A stretch of DNA of 63,914 bases, filler included, from Folioceros fuciformis (Eukaryota): assembly GCA_049999805.1 (NCBI GenBank). It is 5 parts of 5 records of this genome, joined end to end, with 100 filler letters (N's around TTAATTAATTAA, not from the genome) between each part and the next. Parts side by side here need not be neighbours in the genome. Positions count along the whole stretch, not along the records: positions 24,997 to 34,946 come from JBNGIO010003136.1; positions 35,047 to 54,135 come from JBNGIO010003140.1; 3 more parts are not named here. The stretch is one strand, 5' to 3'. The position numbers and the translations under genes were made by a program. Below the pieces are notes generated by a model. It saw only the letters and a list, made by a program, of their open reading frames with translations, had not been told where the DNA came from and did no database searches. Every line of letters begins with the position of its first letter. Position 1 is the stretch's first letter. Shown one piece after another: positions 24,897 through 38,454 of the stretch.

Positions 24897-24996
24897 NNNN
24901 NNNNNNNNNNNNNNNNNNNNNNNNNNNNNNNNNNNNNNNNTTAATTAATTAANNNNNNNNNNNNNNNNNNNNNNNNNNNNNNNNNNNNNNNNNNNN
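24897..24996. other. Scaffolding gap with artificial TTAATTAATTAA linker (same linker at 34947-35046, 54136-54235, 61797-61896)
   Basis: An identical 44N + TTAATTAATTAA + 44N block occurs four times. Confidence 0.98.
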
Positions 24997-27010
24997 TTTT
25001 AGTATAAGGGAGTAATGATCTAAAAGCCCTTTGTTTTAAAGAAATGGTTTGCAGGTTTTTAGGGTTCGGTTTGAGCGTTAAGCCATTTCTTCTGAATAAT
25101 GTTTCTTTTTCCTAAAGCGTGGGAGCCAAGTCGTTAAGAGAAAGGTGCTTTTCCAAGTGTCTATAGCCATATATGGTTTAGGGTTTTTAACCCTAAACCT
25201 TATAGCCGCACGGTTCCTGGCTTGTAGAAGGCATATTCCTATCTAATGGACTGTTGAGAAAAAAACAAATCACGATGTGCCAGTTATTTGTGTTATACCG
25301 ATAGCCATTTTACTTGAAAATGACACTTGTTCTTGACTGTAGGAGGTTAAAGTTATTCAAGAGAAAAAGTTGCGTTTCCGACTGCTTATACCGTAACCTA
25401 ATGAGCGTGGCTGTGAATGTCCTACACTTTTAGCTGAGGCCAACACCCTAGGTAGAGTTAGGGCACACACAGCTGAAGAGCCCGCAGGGGCGCTCGAGAT
25501 TCTTGTTGTGTTTCTTTGCTCTGCTTATCACACGCGACGTCGGAGGTGCTTGGACGTTGCCTGGGATCGGTGTAGTTGTTTTCGAGACCTGGTTCGCCTG
25601 GGATTGTGGACAGCGGTGTCGGCAGAGGTGAATACTAGGTGTGTGGGTGCATGGTTGTGGAAGCTCTGCTTACTGACGGTCGAGCGTGGAACTGTTCCGG
25701 TGTTCTTCTGCCCAACAACATCTTTAAGCAATAGTGACAGACTCTGTGTGTCATGCTGGCTACGGCGTTTTCCGCGTGGCCGACGATACGCGCTTCTGAT
25801 ACTCTGTAGTGGTGCGATGCAGCGCCGACCTGGTCCGGACTTGAATTATGGTTTCACTCCTTGACGTCTATCCATGTCTGTTTTGGTGTGCTCCAGCTGC
25901 ATGTCAGCTGCTTGTTGTGGAAGTGAAGAACGTTGTTTTGGCACAGTGCGGTGATGAAAAGCTTAACTCACGAGGAGTCTATACATTCTGCAGACTCCAA
26001 ATGACGCAACCTAGTTAACGCTTGGCTTCTGAGCACTGTCGTCGGGACTCGGACGATGTTTCGTGTTTTGCAACGCGTGTTCAATTCGCTCGTCTTCCTC
26101 TCTACCGTGGCATAGGTTTAGGTCAAGATTCCGTCTGTCCCGTACTCAGGTGTTCCTGTATATCAACGCGCGCTTCTTTCCCCTCTGCTGTGGCAGATGT
26201 TGTTTAGGTCAAGATTCCGTCGGCCTTGTACTCAGTCGGTTCGGTCATCAGTGCGCCCTTTTGGAGCTCCCGCATCTCTAACCGATGTTAGCACACTCTT
26301 TTGGAGCTCTTGCATCTGCAACCTATCTCATCACACTCCAATGCAGCTGTAGCCTTCTCTAATGGAGCTGTAGCGTACTCTAATGGAAGCTGTAGCGTAC
26401 TCTAATGGAGCTCTTGCATCTTCCACCTATCTTGGCACACTCTGCTGGAGCTCGCGCATCTTCATATTAGCACACTGATGCATTTGCAACCTCACTTAGA
26501 TCTCAAAGACGCAACTCAGTTTAATCTTAATGTTTGTCAAATCACAAAGTAGCTTCGTGCCAACCCTTGCCGCCGGGATTTGCCTTTCGCATGACCTAAC
26601 CCTGACGAACTGCAATTCCCCCGCGCTGCGGCTCCCAGTGTTCAGGTTAGTTGCAGGAAGCGGCAGATCGTGCTGTCAGCTCAAAAGGCTCAGGAGAAAA
26701 TTCGTTGGACCAGTCTCCAGCCTCCCCGCGAATTCCAGTGGTAGGTATTGCGCCTCGGTAATATCCCAAATTCTGAGCCCACAACACACAAATTAACAAA
26801 AAATGCACATCGTTTACAGGCTAACAGCTAACATAAACTAGTCAAGTATCCAACTACCGTGGGGGAAAGAAGCAATAGCGCCCTCGACTAACGCTGCAAA
26901 TTCAAACAAGTGTAGAGGAGCGACAACATACATATCTAGGTCCTCCCCCAGTGCTTGATCGAGGGACATTCTGTTTTCGCTCCTCCGTCCCCTCCTCGCC
27001 GATAGGCGCC

Positions 27011-29406
27011 ATGTACTCTCAGCCTCGGCCTTGCGCTTTCTCTCCGGTTGCTTGGTATCTTGCTGTGCCCTCGCAGTCCAGCTCCAGCTACCCCTCCGCT
27101 GCTGCCTTTCCCGCCTCCTACGCCTCTCTCGATTTTTCTCGCCGCTTGCGCATTCGCCATTCTGTCGCTGCTGCGGGGGATATCTTTGTAGGAAATCCTC
27201 TTCCTTGTCACTTCCGGCCTTTCGAGCTGACGCGTCGGCCGGCTGGCCATGGCCGTGCCAACCAGACCATTGTGGCTGTTATGCCTGGACTTGAGAATCT
27301 CACTCCTCCCATGGATCTTGCGCGTATCAAGGTAATTGGAGTGGGCGGTGGCGGCAACAACGCCATCAACCGTATGATAGGCAGTGGCCTGCAGGTTGGT
27401 TCCGCCTCCCGTTCCATGTCAAGTCACCGTCCTTGTTTCAGCTGTCCTAGGAAAGGAACGGAAAGATCTCCGCATTCCGTCCTGTCATTTGCGCCAAGAA
27501 GACCTCTCGAGAATTTGCTAGCATTTAACTTGGCTCGTTGTCATTTTTCCTTGCAATGGTAGTATGATGGTGTGCAGGCCAGCATGCCTTCCTTGTTGAA
27601 GATGTGTACCTGAACCCCACCCCTGCCCCGATTCTTTTTTGTGCAGGGTGTAGAGTTTTGGGCTATAAATACGGACTCTCAGGCTCTGTTGCAGTCAGCT
27701 GCCACGCATCGTGTGCAGATTGGAGACCAATTGACAAGAGGACTCGGTAAGATTGTGCTGCGGGGTCTGCACCAAGCTGTGTTTAGTTCCTATTTTGTTC
27801 AAGAACTATGCCTGTGTTACCTACCTGCTCCCATGCACGTCCGGATATTACCGGGAAACGACAGATGCCAACATCTGGTTCTGAACGACCTCTCGTCTGC
27901 AGGCACAGGAGGCAATCCGGAGCTTGGTGAAAGGGCTGCTGAGGAGTCTAAAGAAGCAATACAAGAAGCTGTGTCAAATTCAGATCTTGTCTTTATTACT
28001 GCTGGGATGGGAGGTGGCACAGGGTCTGGTGCAGCCCCTGTTGTAGCACGTCTTTCCAAAGAGGTCGGACATCTGACCGTCGGCGTTGTCACTTATCCGT
28101 TCACATTTGAAGGCCGGCGACGGGCTCAGCAGGTGATCCCATTTCCTGATGGTTTTAGCTGCGTTACGTTGCTACTCAGTTCATTATCTCGCCACCTTGT
28201 CTGCGTGCCTGATTTTGTAGATGGAACTACTAGTCCCACATGGCTATAGCTTATCAGCTATGGCCACTAGCTAACTACACACCATCTCCTTTAGTTGCCT
28301 GTCGCATGGGTGGTAAATGGTCGCGTGACCAATCATGAAGCCTGTCTGTTTGCCTTTGTACGGAAACCACACAGTAGCTGATGTGAGTTGTATTGTGTAA
28401 TGCTTCAGGCGCTTGAAGCCATTGAGCAGCTCCGCAAGTCCGTGGACACTCTCATCGTCATTCCAAATGATAGACTTCTAGATGTGGTGCAGGAGCAAAC
28501 ACCTTTGCAGGAAGCATTTCTCCTGGCAGACGATGTTTTGCGACAGGGTGTCCAAGGAATATCGGATATCATTACGGTAAGCAACGTGTACCAAGTATTT
28601 CTTTGTACTTTTGAAAGTAATCCTGGTCAGGCTTAGATGTACATAACATATCCTCAATTCATGGAAAGGAGTTGTACTTACAAGTGTTGTGTGGAGGATT
28701 GGGTTCACTGAAATCCTCAACAGTGCTAGCCTTCTTCCCTTGGATGCTCTACTTCCTGTGTGTGGTATGCACCATGAATGACATTGAACCTTTCTTGTGA
28801 CAGATTCCCGGACTTGTCAATGTCGACTTTGCGGATGTGAAAGCTGTCATGAGCAACTCTGGAACAGCCATGCTTGGAGTTGGAACATCCACAGGGAAGA
28901 ACCGGGCTGAGGAAGCAGCTCAGCAGGCAACATCAGCACCTTTGATTGAGAGGTCCATTGAGCGGGCCACTGGCATTGTGTACAACATAACGGGGGGAAA
29001 GGATCTCACATTGCAAGAAGTGAACAGAGTATCCCAGGTAGTGTCCTGTATTGGAATTCAAGTCTCGTTCTCGTTCTTTGAGATACTAGTCTTGCAGCAG
29101 GACGCTAGGGTGCTGGCGTGCTTGCTAATGGGGGCTTTCCTTTGAACTTGTCAGGTCGTGACGAGTTTAGCAGATCCTGCAGCCAATATCATCTTCGGTG
29201 CGGTGGTGGACGAGAGGTACACTGGATCAGTGAACGTAACCATCATTGCCACTGGATTCTCTCAAACCTTCCAGAAGACAATGGTTGAAACTAAGCCCTC
29301 TCGGCAGCAAGAGACTGCGGAATCAAGATCAGAATTGCCATGGAAACGAAGTGCCCCTGTGACCTCAAGATTTCCTCCAGGTCTTGGCGGTAAAGGGTAT
29401 CTTTGA
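27011..29406 (+). CDS. FtsZ1: Plastid division protein FtsZ1
   Basis: Exons 27011-27394, 27647-27746, 27903-28132, 28409-28576, 28804-29037 and 29155-29406. Motifs [13 protein letters not shown], tubulin signature GGGTGSG and NVDFAD. VTYPF is FtsZ1-type, and the FtsZ2 C-terminal core peptide is absent. Confidence 0.96.
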
Positions 29407-30105
29407 CCGATTCCCCCATCCTTGGAGTTGGACTCTGCATTTTCTGCTAGCTTGGAGTCGGCTGAATGTCTCTGGGGGCCATTAGTGGTGGCAAAAACAT
29501 CAACCCGGGTGCCAGGAAGAATGTGGTGTCTTGGACTCTGGGTACCGTGTGCTACATGTATTCTACCTACTATGTATTGCCGACGTTCCTCGAGCATTTT
29601 TGTTGGAATGTCCAACGATTATCACCAAAGCATGGTGGGACGAGGAACGATTCGACATTCCAACAGGAACGCTTTTATCTCCAGGTGTCTCTCTACTTTA
29701 TGGGAAACTGCTGGGCAGGAAGTTGTTGATTTTTCATGTTACATATGTTTCTATATCAATGGAGCTTAGGTACTGTACGTGTGTGTATGTAGGTACAGCG
29801 CACATACGGTAAGTCATAAGTGCACCTGAGCCGTCAAATTGTGCATGCCACATGCACAGGGTGACGGCGTATCGTGCAAACTGATGAAAGTGTGTTTGAG
29901 ATACGTACATATAAAACGGTCCACCGCCTGCCACCTCACTTGAATGTTAAGGAAAACTGAGCAGGGGTCACCATCGGTGTGCCCGCATCTCTAAAGTTCC
30001 CCAATGCGGGACGTTCACGTGATGGCGTTCCTCTAGTCGCTGATACAAGAGACGTGAAAGCGGCTGCGATTCGGAAGTCTAGGGCTGCGTCTCGAAACCA
30101 GGAAG

Positions 30106-31981
30106 ATGGTCTCGGATGCAGAGCTTGCACAACGTCTCACGGCCATCCTCCAGAGCGCTGATCTTTCTACCACTACCACTACCACCATCCGACAGCGGCT
30201 GGAGTCTGAACTCGCCGTAGATCTTTCCACAAAAAAAGCTTTCGTGCGACAGCATATTGACGCCTACTTGCAGCAGCAACAGCAGAGCGAAGCAGACGTT
30301 GCTGACGGCTCTGACGGACAGGATGGGTGTGAGGAGGAGGAGGCAGACGTAGATGCTGATGCAGAAGTAGAAGCAGAGGAAGACGAGGACGCAGAGGACC
30401 AGGTAGGACGAGGCGAGCAAGATGAGGAGGCTGCTGAGGAAGATGAGAAACCCACCAGAGCCTCCAGGCGATCAATCCAATCAGAGCCTGACTCCAAGCG
30501 GTCGAAGGCGAAGATTGACAAGGCCATAAAGAAAAGGTACGAGCCCTTATCTGGTGACAGTCTGTGCTTTGGCGTTTGATAGTGGAGAAGCGTTGCCAAT
30601 ATTTTGCAACCTGACCATTCCCAGTCTTCACGGTCCTCTGTACCAGTTGAGTGTTAGGGCATGTCCCGACCATCTTCCCTTTTGTTTCAATAAATTGTCA
30701 GAGGTGTGAGCAATTGGAACTGTTTGATTGATGTGGCTTGTTGAGATGATGAATGTCCAGCCTCCTTGAACCGTTTCCCTTCTCCTTTCACTTTGTGCGG
30801 GCACGCTGCTGGAAACCATCTGCTGGCTTGTGTTGTATTGTCTTGTCTCCCATGTAATCTGAGCTTCTAGTTCCTTTCCTTTGGCTGATGCCAACGTGTT
30901 CGACAATGACAGCTTGCCTAAGGAGAAGAAGAAACGAACAGGAGGTGCGGGTGGGCTGAACAAGGTGTGCGGCCTCTCTCCAGAGCTTCAAGTTATTATT
31001 GGAGAACCAGCTCTGCCGAGAACCCAGGTATTTTCACCAGCGGACATGCTGGCTTTAATGGTGCTTGCCAGGGGTTTGAAATTCGTGGAAGGGCCACCTT
31101 ATTGGATTCTTGGAACGTAAGATGGTCGTCCCTGTCAGAGGATGGTTGTAGTTCAAAAATTTGTGAGATTCCCAAGCTGTTAGCGATTGCCATTTTAGGT
31201 GGTGAAGAACCTTTGGGTCTACATCAGGGAGAACAAATTGCAAGATCCAGAAAACAAGCAGAAGATCATATGTAATGAAGCTTTGCGGGGGCTGTTCGGA
31301 ACCGACTCTACGGACATGTTCCAGATGAACAAACTTTTGTCAAAGCACATCTGGCCTCTGGATACCAGTAAATCTGAAGGTTTGTTTGCACAGCCTCACT
31401 TTGCGTCTGACAGAAGTCTGGCGTGTTTTTCGGCCAGGAGATGCTAAGGTTTGTTGATCTGACATCGCCTCTGCAGATGGGGATGCCCAACCAAAACCGA
31501 AGAAAATTAAGAAGGAGCAATCAAGTGGAAAGGGCAAGAGTGGATTTCTTTCACCTCGCCCGATATCTGCAAAGCTGTCCAATTTTTTTGGCACTGGTGA
31601 GACCGAGGCTCCACGCGCAGATGTGGTGAGAAGGATATGGGATTACATAAAGCACAATGGACTCCAGGTTTGTGTGACAAGCGGACAATTGTCTTTTTTG
31701 CATATGCTTTTGTTTCTCTCTTTTTCAAGAGTGGTTTGTTCTGGGTTCTTTTCATTCGAACATAGGATGAAAACATTCCCAACCATGTGACCGTCGCAGT
31801 CGATGTCCTTTGTTGCTGCCTTGTATGAAAGTCATTTAATTCTCCAGCTCTCTTCTTGCAGGACCCAGCGGATAAAAGAAACATTCTGTGTGATGAAAAG
31901 CTTGAAGAGCTCTTTGGGTGTAAGACTTTTGTTGGGTTCGAAATGACCAAGCTTTTGCAAGAGCACTTTATAAAGGCGTGA
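30106..31981 (+). CDS. DEK_C + two SWIB/MDM2 domain protein (UAF30/spp27-like)
   Basis: N-terminal MVSDAELAQRL..IRQRLESELAVDLSTKKAFVR (DEK_C), then an acidic linker. SWIB1 SPELQ..LPRTQ/VVKNLWVYIRENKLQDP..MFQMNKLLSKHI; SWIB2 PRADVVRRIWDYIKHNGLQ/DPADKRNILCDEKL..MTKLLQEHF. Spliced with GT-AG introns. Confidence 0.93.
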
Positions 31982-32614
31982 CACGATGTGTTGATGACTT
32001 GTACTAACTCGCTGGAGGCAACGGGTTACGAAGGAGATTTGGGTACAAAATTGGCCACATCACCCTCGAGATCTTTAAGGCGTGATTCCAAAAGATAGCC
32101 ATCGGATTGACCTCTCCCATCTCGCCTAGGTATAGTCCATTCAGACGTCTCAGATCCGGGCAGATATCTGTGTCTGTAGTTTTAGGGCGGTAGCAGGGTC
32201 TACCCGAATGAGGCCGATGGCATTAGGAGGGTAAATTGTCCTAGCCGTAAGAACGAGACTCGATTGTCCAAACATCTGGCATCACTTTTTTGGATAAAAC
32301 CGGAAGTCTTGCAGTGCCGCGGTGTATGAAATCCATCGTGCTTGTCTTGCAGATTTCACCAACATAGGTAATCTGAGCACTCGAGCCCAAGTACGGGTGG
32401 GAAAACCTCACCTCTCTGAACGAGGAAACATGTTAAAAACCAGAACACCTGGTCCTTTATCTTTTTGGCCTGGTCTCCTTTAATGAATATTATTTTTTAT
32501 TTTTTTATTACAGGAAAACGCGCTTTGCGACCTGATGTTGGCTGAACAATCTATAGGTAATTAGATGACAAATTAAACTCTGGGAAAGGATCTTAAGACC
32601 AAATGAAGTTAATA

Positions 32615-33005
32615 CCCGTACTTCTTTGGATTTCGTTTGCACAACTCCAACCAATTTTCTTTTCCACATTGTTTGCAAGACTCTAATGGAAGCTCTTCCC
32701 CACATCGTTTGCAAGACTCTAATTGGAGCCAATTTCCAAACTTCATTTATAAGACTCTAACGTGAACCCTTTTCCAAACTTTGTTTACAAGATTCTAACT
32801 AGAGCCCTAAGACTTGTCCAGACCTCGTTTACAAGACTCTAACTCTAATCGGAGCCCTTTTCCAAACTTCATTCACAAGACTCTATTTGGGACTCTTTCC
32901 CAAATTTGGTTTGCAAACTCTAACTTGAGCCTTTTCCCGAACTTCATTTACTAACTCTAACTCAAGCCATTTCCCAAACTTCATTTGCAAGACTTCAACC
33001 CGAGC
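32615..33005 (+). repeat. Degenerate tandem repeat, ~35-bp unit (TTTCCAAACTTCATTTGCAAGACTCTAA..GAGCC), about 10 copies
   Basis: CAAGACTCTAA and TTCCAAACTT recur at roughly regular spacing. Confidence 0.8.
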
Positions 33006-33904
33006 TGCTTTCTTAAGAATGTTCTTTAGTGGGAACGTTGCGCAAGTCACCATAATCCTTTATCGCTTTCTGATCACAAATGTCAAACACTACATTCAAC
33101 ACCCATTGGAAGGCCTAATCAATGTATATTTACTCAAAAAAGACCTTTGTGTATGTTATCTCCTTTTAATATTGAGCATGGTTCCTTCCATCAAAAGGAT
33201 GTCATCGAAGAGGAAACTTCCTCCAGTAGGATGACTTTGTGTAGTAGGGCACATGTAAGGCTGCTCCCAACAAGACAAAAACCCATCATTCTTGACCAAG
33301 GAGAAAATAATATATGGTGAGTATTGATACTCTACCCTACATAAGGCATCAAGCTAGATGGCCAAGGAAGAAAATGATATTGTGAATAACATTGTGAGTG
33401 GTAATATATTACCTTACCATGAGGATCCAACAACTAGATGCATGCCCTGGTCACCCCAAAAAAACCGAAGCAACTTAAGATGAAGTTAAACCTGGCACAA
33501 TGTCTTCTAGTTTGTTAGGAACAACCTGTGTTCAATGAACGTTAAACTCAGATCAAGAGTTGAGAGTCAAAACTGTCAGCTGACTATGATTGATGAGGCT
33601 TTCACATCGAAGCTGACAAAAGTCAGTGCGCTGTTCGTAGTGACTCCCGTAAAGAACGGTCATACCTTATTTTAAGCTTTCTTTCTCCACCCAACTCAAG
33701 CTTTCACTGCGCCTTCTAGAGCATCGTGTGCCCGTAAATAGCCTCACATTAAGCAAGGTGCATGTCGGGTATAAGCCTTGGTTCCTTTACAAATCCCGGG
33801 ATCTTAAACTCCATTACCAAAAACACTGATTACCAAAATGAGCCGTGCCCGCAACCCGTGCTACTCTTGAAACGAAACCCGCGCTGAGCTCTTGGAACAT
33901 CAGC

Positions 33905-34495
33905 ATGGAGGAGGCCGTTGGTGGAGAAGAAATTTTATGGCACAACATGGAGAACAAGGGGGAATTAGACAACGATGTTATGCCTGGGAGTGCCAAAGAT
34001 TTCCTCAAAGCTGTAGGCAAACGACCCGAATCTGTTGCATGGAGTGAAGAGGCCACAACAACACTCATTGAAGCTTACTTGGAGATGCACATTGTGCACC
34101 TCAAGCACGGGAATTTGGGGACGAAGCACTGGACACGAATTGCCCAAGAAATCAGCAGCACCTGCAACATGGAGAACCTCACAACTAGGAAGCGCTTCTG
34201 GAAGGAGAAAGACATGAAGGCAAGCTCTGGCCAAATCAATTCCTCTTGGCCACACTTTGCTGCAATGGCAACACTTTGTAACAACAACCCCAAGTTTGTA
34301 GGAATCCCCAACGGCATAGACCCAGGTAAATCCATTTCCACTTTGTCCTTGCAGACTGCTCTAAAAGTGGAGGGTGCCACAAAACCTACTACTCCCACTG
34401 TTGAAGTTGAGGAGACAGATGTTGCTAACATTGGGACCTCTCCACCTCTGCCTACAAGAGCCAACTCAAGGTACCTGCCTAGGCCAAATTTGTGA
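33905..34495 (+). CDS. Myb/SANT-like (trihelix) DNA-binding protein, possibly PIF/Harbinger ORF1; partial or degenerate
   Basis: WSEEATTTLIEAY..NLGTKHWTRIAQEIS..RKRFWKEK..SSWPHFAAM shows the Trp spacing of Myb/SANT-like domains. It lies between repeats and a gap; no clear transposase partner was found. Confidence 0.6.
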   Translation: MEEAVGGEEILWHNMENKGELDNDVMPGSAKDFLKAVGKRPESVAWSEEATTTLIEAYLEMHIVHLKHGNLGTKHWTRIAQEISSTCNMENLTTRKRFWKEKDMKASSGQINSSWPHFAAMATLCNNNPKFVGIPNGIDPGKSISTLSLQTALKVEGATKPTTPTVEVEETDVANIGTSPPLPTRANSRYLPRPNL

Positions 34496-35799
34496 GTGAT
34501 GAAGGGAATCTACCAAGCTAGATAACAGTGGTGCTTTGTCCTATTGAATTTTCTAGTCTACTCCCGTGCCTGCCAATCTAGTCTGGTGTGTGTGTCTTCT
34601 AGTCTGGTCTCTTATGTGCTTAGTAATTTTCTTTGGTATTAGTATAGTTCTTGCACGCATGCTAATCCAGACAAGTAAATATCTGCTAGTCCTTACTTGT
34701 ATGGATTTGCCATTCCATTTTGGTCTGATTTTAAAGATTTTGTGGTTGGCAATTTTGCAGTGAAGGCGGGGTTTCACATGTCCGTGAAACCCCATGGGAT
34801 AGCAACCATTCACCTTCCAAAACAGATAAAGAAGGACACATTGCATATGGAACGCAATCCAAAAAAATAAAGCGACGTAGGTCATCAGGTAGTTTAGGCA
34901 AGGATCTCATGTTTGGCTTAGCAGCTTTTGCTGAATGCCTTGCTCANNNNNNNNNNNNNNNNNNNNNNNNNNNNNNNNNNNNNNNNNNNNTTAATTAATT
35001 AANNNNNNNNNNNNNNNNNNNNNNNNNNNNNNNNNNNNNNNNNNNNTTTGGCTATACTTAAGATAATATTTTATTTAATATCTTATAGTTTTTTAACTTA
35101 TTTGAAGTTTGTAAACTATAGATAGTGATTTTTTACATAATAATCGTATCATTTATATTACAATGATTCTATTAATAATGCACAATTGAGGAGGGAACAA
35201 CATGAAAAGAGTTGAGATGGAGGGAAAAATTAGGACATAAGGAGACAAATTTGAACAAAGGATAAGCATTTGTTAATTCTCTTGAGACTAACAAACACCA
35301 TATAAAAGCTAATAAAGTTTGATGGACTTTACTTTAATAATGTTTGAAATGAAGACTTTAATGTAAGTAGAATACGTATACATTGCTTGGCTTGGAGTAT
35401 AGCCATATAGGCGCTTAAGCGCGGCGCAAGGTAGTCGCTTTCTCAATTCGTAGCTAACTTAACTTATAACAGCACATCTCTATTTTCCACTTGAGGTCCT
35501 TTTCAATAAGATTCTTCGTCAAGAAGGATGCTTATTACAACTGATTTTTTCTTCTTCCTGTGCGTCTTCTTTTTCCTGACGTTTCCTCCACTAGGTGGGA
35601 GACCATAGATGACGCTTCTTCCACCATGTCTCTATCACTCTCTGGGGCTTTTTCCATGGTGGCTTTCCATCATGTCGTAGTTGTAGGTGACTCTTCCTTC
35701 TTTGTGTAGATTGTAGGTCGCTATCTTCCTCTAGGTGATGTTTTAGGAGTAATAGGCCAAATAGGACTGTTCCTCTGTGCATTGTGCGTCCATTTCTTC

Positions 35800-36390
35800 C
35801 TTAGGCTTTGGGTTGTGTAGTCTCTGTCTGATGCTGAGCCGTAAGTTGTGTGGTCTCCGTTGTCCTTCTTGCTTAAGATGTTTGATGTCCACTGAGCTGT
35901 AGGTTGTGCGATCTCCATTGTCCTTCTTGCTTATGATGCTTGATGTCCTCTAAGCCGTAGATTGTGTGGTCTTCATTGTCCTTCTTGCTTATGATGTTTG
36001 ATGTCCTTTGAGCCGTAGGTCTCCATTGTAGGCCTCTCTTTCCTCCGTGGATTGTATAGTTTCTATCATCCATGCTTCTCATGTTGGAGTCACAGTAGAC
36101 CTCTTTCTCTGTGGATTGTACCGTCCGTGCTTCTTAAGTTTGAGGAGAAATAGGTCTCTTCCTCCGTGCATTGTATGGTTTCTGTCGTTCGTACTTCTTA
36201 GATTTGGAGAGCAACATCGCTTCCTCTGTGCATTATATGGTTTCTCTCATCCGTGCTTCTTTGGTTTGAGGAGCAACATGTCGCTTCCTTCCTCCGTGCA
36301 TTGTATGGTTTCTATTGTCTGCACTTCTTAGGTTTGAAGAGCAATAGGTCTCTTCCTCCGTGCAATAAGTCTTCCTCCGTGCAGTAGGTC
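35800..36390. repeat. Degenerate tandem repeats (TTGTCCTTCTTGCTTATGATGTTTGATGTCC and TTCCTCCGTGCATTGTATGGTTTCT units)
   Basis: The first unit recurs at ~35860, 35918 and 35976; the second at ~36040, 36160, 36220 and 36290. Confidence 0.75.
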
Positions 36391-37254
36391 TCCAAGTTAT
36401 ATGATTTTTATCTACCTTGATTATGTTTGAGGAACAACAAGTACCCTCCGAGTTATATGATCTTCATCTACCTTGATTATGTTTGAGGAACAACAAGTAC
36501 CCTTTGGTACCGAGTAGCTAAGATACTCCTTGGGGTTGCATAGGGTATCTCTTCTTCCTGGGGTTACATATTCTTCGTGGGGTTGCAGATAGGTCAAGAT
36601 ATTTTAGGAGCAATAAGTAGTGATACGCTCCTTTTCACTTCTATGTTTGGCCATTGAGATGCTTCTTTTCACCTTGACCCTTAAGTACCTTAAGTAGTCA
36701 AATACTCCTCCTTATCTTAGCTCTCCTATAGCCAATCCATGTTGTATACTTTTCAATTATCCTCCAAATGGCAAACGGCACCGGCTGCCTGGGCCTGGAT
36801 GCAGGCTTGTTGCGCGCACATGCTGACTATCTCTGCCGATGTCTTGCGTAGCCTGCTTCGGGCAGACATATACGTCTCCCAGGCATTTGCTTGTTGCATG
36901 CATCTGTGTGGCTCAGTTTCGGACAAGACCGCCCTTCGCTACCGCATTTTCCTTCCTGCTGTTGCAGCATGACCTCTAGTCCACTCGGCACCACAGGGTC
37001 CCGCTATATTTCTCTGTTTGCTGCATGCAAGCACAGCAAGTGTGAGCTTCTCAACAAGGCTCCGCCACTTTTTCTGCAAGCCTCTGCTGGTGCGATGTCG
37101 GCCGCGAGGCCCAACCATTTGCTGACACAATTTGACAGCATTTTCCAGACTGCCATGTCTTGCAGTCTTGTCAAGAGGCTGCCACGCAGAAGGTTCATGC
37201 TGGCAGTTTGCTGTTAAACCTTCCAGACACCAGAATCAGAATCACGACATCATC

Positions 37255-37430
37255 GGCAGCAGAATCGTTCAGTCATTGCTCCTAAGCTTCAACACTGGAG
37301 CAGCAGCAGAATCGTTCAGTCGTTGCTCTTCAGGTTCAACAGTGGGACGGAAGCAGAATCGTTCAAGACGTGGCTCCCGGCGTGCAACAACAGGATCGAA
37401 GCAGAACCGTTCAATCATTGCTCATGAGGC
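37255..37430 (+). repeat. Short tandem repeat with GCAGAATCGTTCAG/A core, 4 copies
   Basis: The core is seen at ~37259, 37306, 37352 and 37401. Confidence 0.7.
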
Positions 37431-37752
37431 TCAACGCTAGGATTCTGTTGACCCTCACAACTCCACTTCTTAACCTGGCTGTCCGGCGGATGCCTCCCAA
37501 ACACCGGAAATCGGTTCAGGCGGAATCGTTTGTCAAGCACGCATCCAGCACCATTCCAGCGGCATCTGGAATCGGTGCTGCTAAGTTCTGACGAGGTCTC
37601 CATCCACGACGTGGAGCCGTGTTTTTGGAGCACATACTCACTCCATCATGTTGTCTCGGAGCATCCGTTCCACTTTGTTGTGCAGGATTTCAGCCTCCTC
37701 CGAACCCTAAAATCGACACTGGGAGAATCCACTCACAAGTTGTGCAATGTGA

Positions 37753-37995
37753 ATGAAGGACAAAGAGCGCGCAGAGGAAGATTGGAGCCGAACACGAATC
37801 CCAAGGCGAGCCTGGAGCATGCATGCGAAACGATCGCGCGCATCCTGCTTCCTTCCTCCGTCTGCTCTGCTCGTCTTCTCTTCTCTTCTCTTCCCCGCAG
37901 TCCAGCAACCCCGCACTGTCAGGGCCTCGCAATCTCTTCCGTCCCTCATCCCGCCTGCCGCTATGTCTGTCATGCCGACTCCGCCGGCCCTCGTT
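37753..37995 (-). pseudogene. Inverted, diverged duplicate of the 5' leader and start of exon 1 of the ACS-like gene
   Basis: The reverse complement aligns to 38315-38547. Translated remnants MLQARLGI and CALF match VLQGRLGI and CALF of the gene. Confidence 0.85.
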
Positions 37996-38454
37996 TACGT
38001 GGACGCCGTTACTGGTGTCCACTGAGACTTCTGAGAAAAAACGTATGCAGTGTACGGGTGTACGCATATCACAGTCCCATCTTTTGATCCCACATAAAAT
38101 ATCTTGGTTCTTGTTGCGGACCAAGAGGAACAGCTAGTGTGTCTACCTGCCCTGCACGACTATTTGAATGTGGGGTGGAATTATGGGATTCCTTACGAGG
38201 CCAGTCATTTAAAACAGTACATACGCACAAAGAACGACGGAAGGAAAGATATGTAGGCCTCGAATGGTGCCCAATTTGCGAAGTTATTGTGGACGCACAA
38301 AGCTTTCTGTGCAAAGGAGGGGCGGCGGAGTCCTCGATGGCAGCCGAGGCTGCAGCCGGGGGAGGTAGCGGGATGGGATGGTGAGGCCCTGACAGTAGAG
38401 GCCCGCAGCACAGGGGAGAAGAGAAGAAGAGTAGAGCAGGAGCAGGGGGACAGG

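Noticed and set aside
24941-24952. Palindromic TTAATTAATTAA recurring four times
   Set aside because: It is always centred in a 100-bp N block, so it is an artificial scaffolding linker. Adjacency across these gaps is not guaranteed.
27011-29406. FtsZ as evidence of bacterial contamination
   Set aside because: It has spliceosomal introns and a transit peptide, so it is a normal nuclear-encoded plastid FtsZ1.
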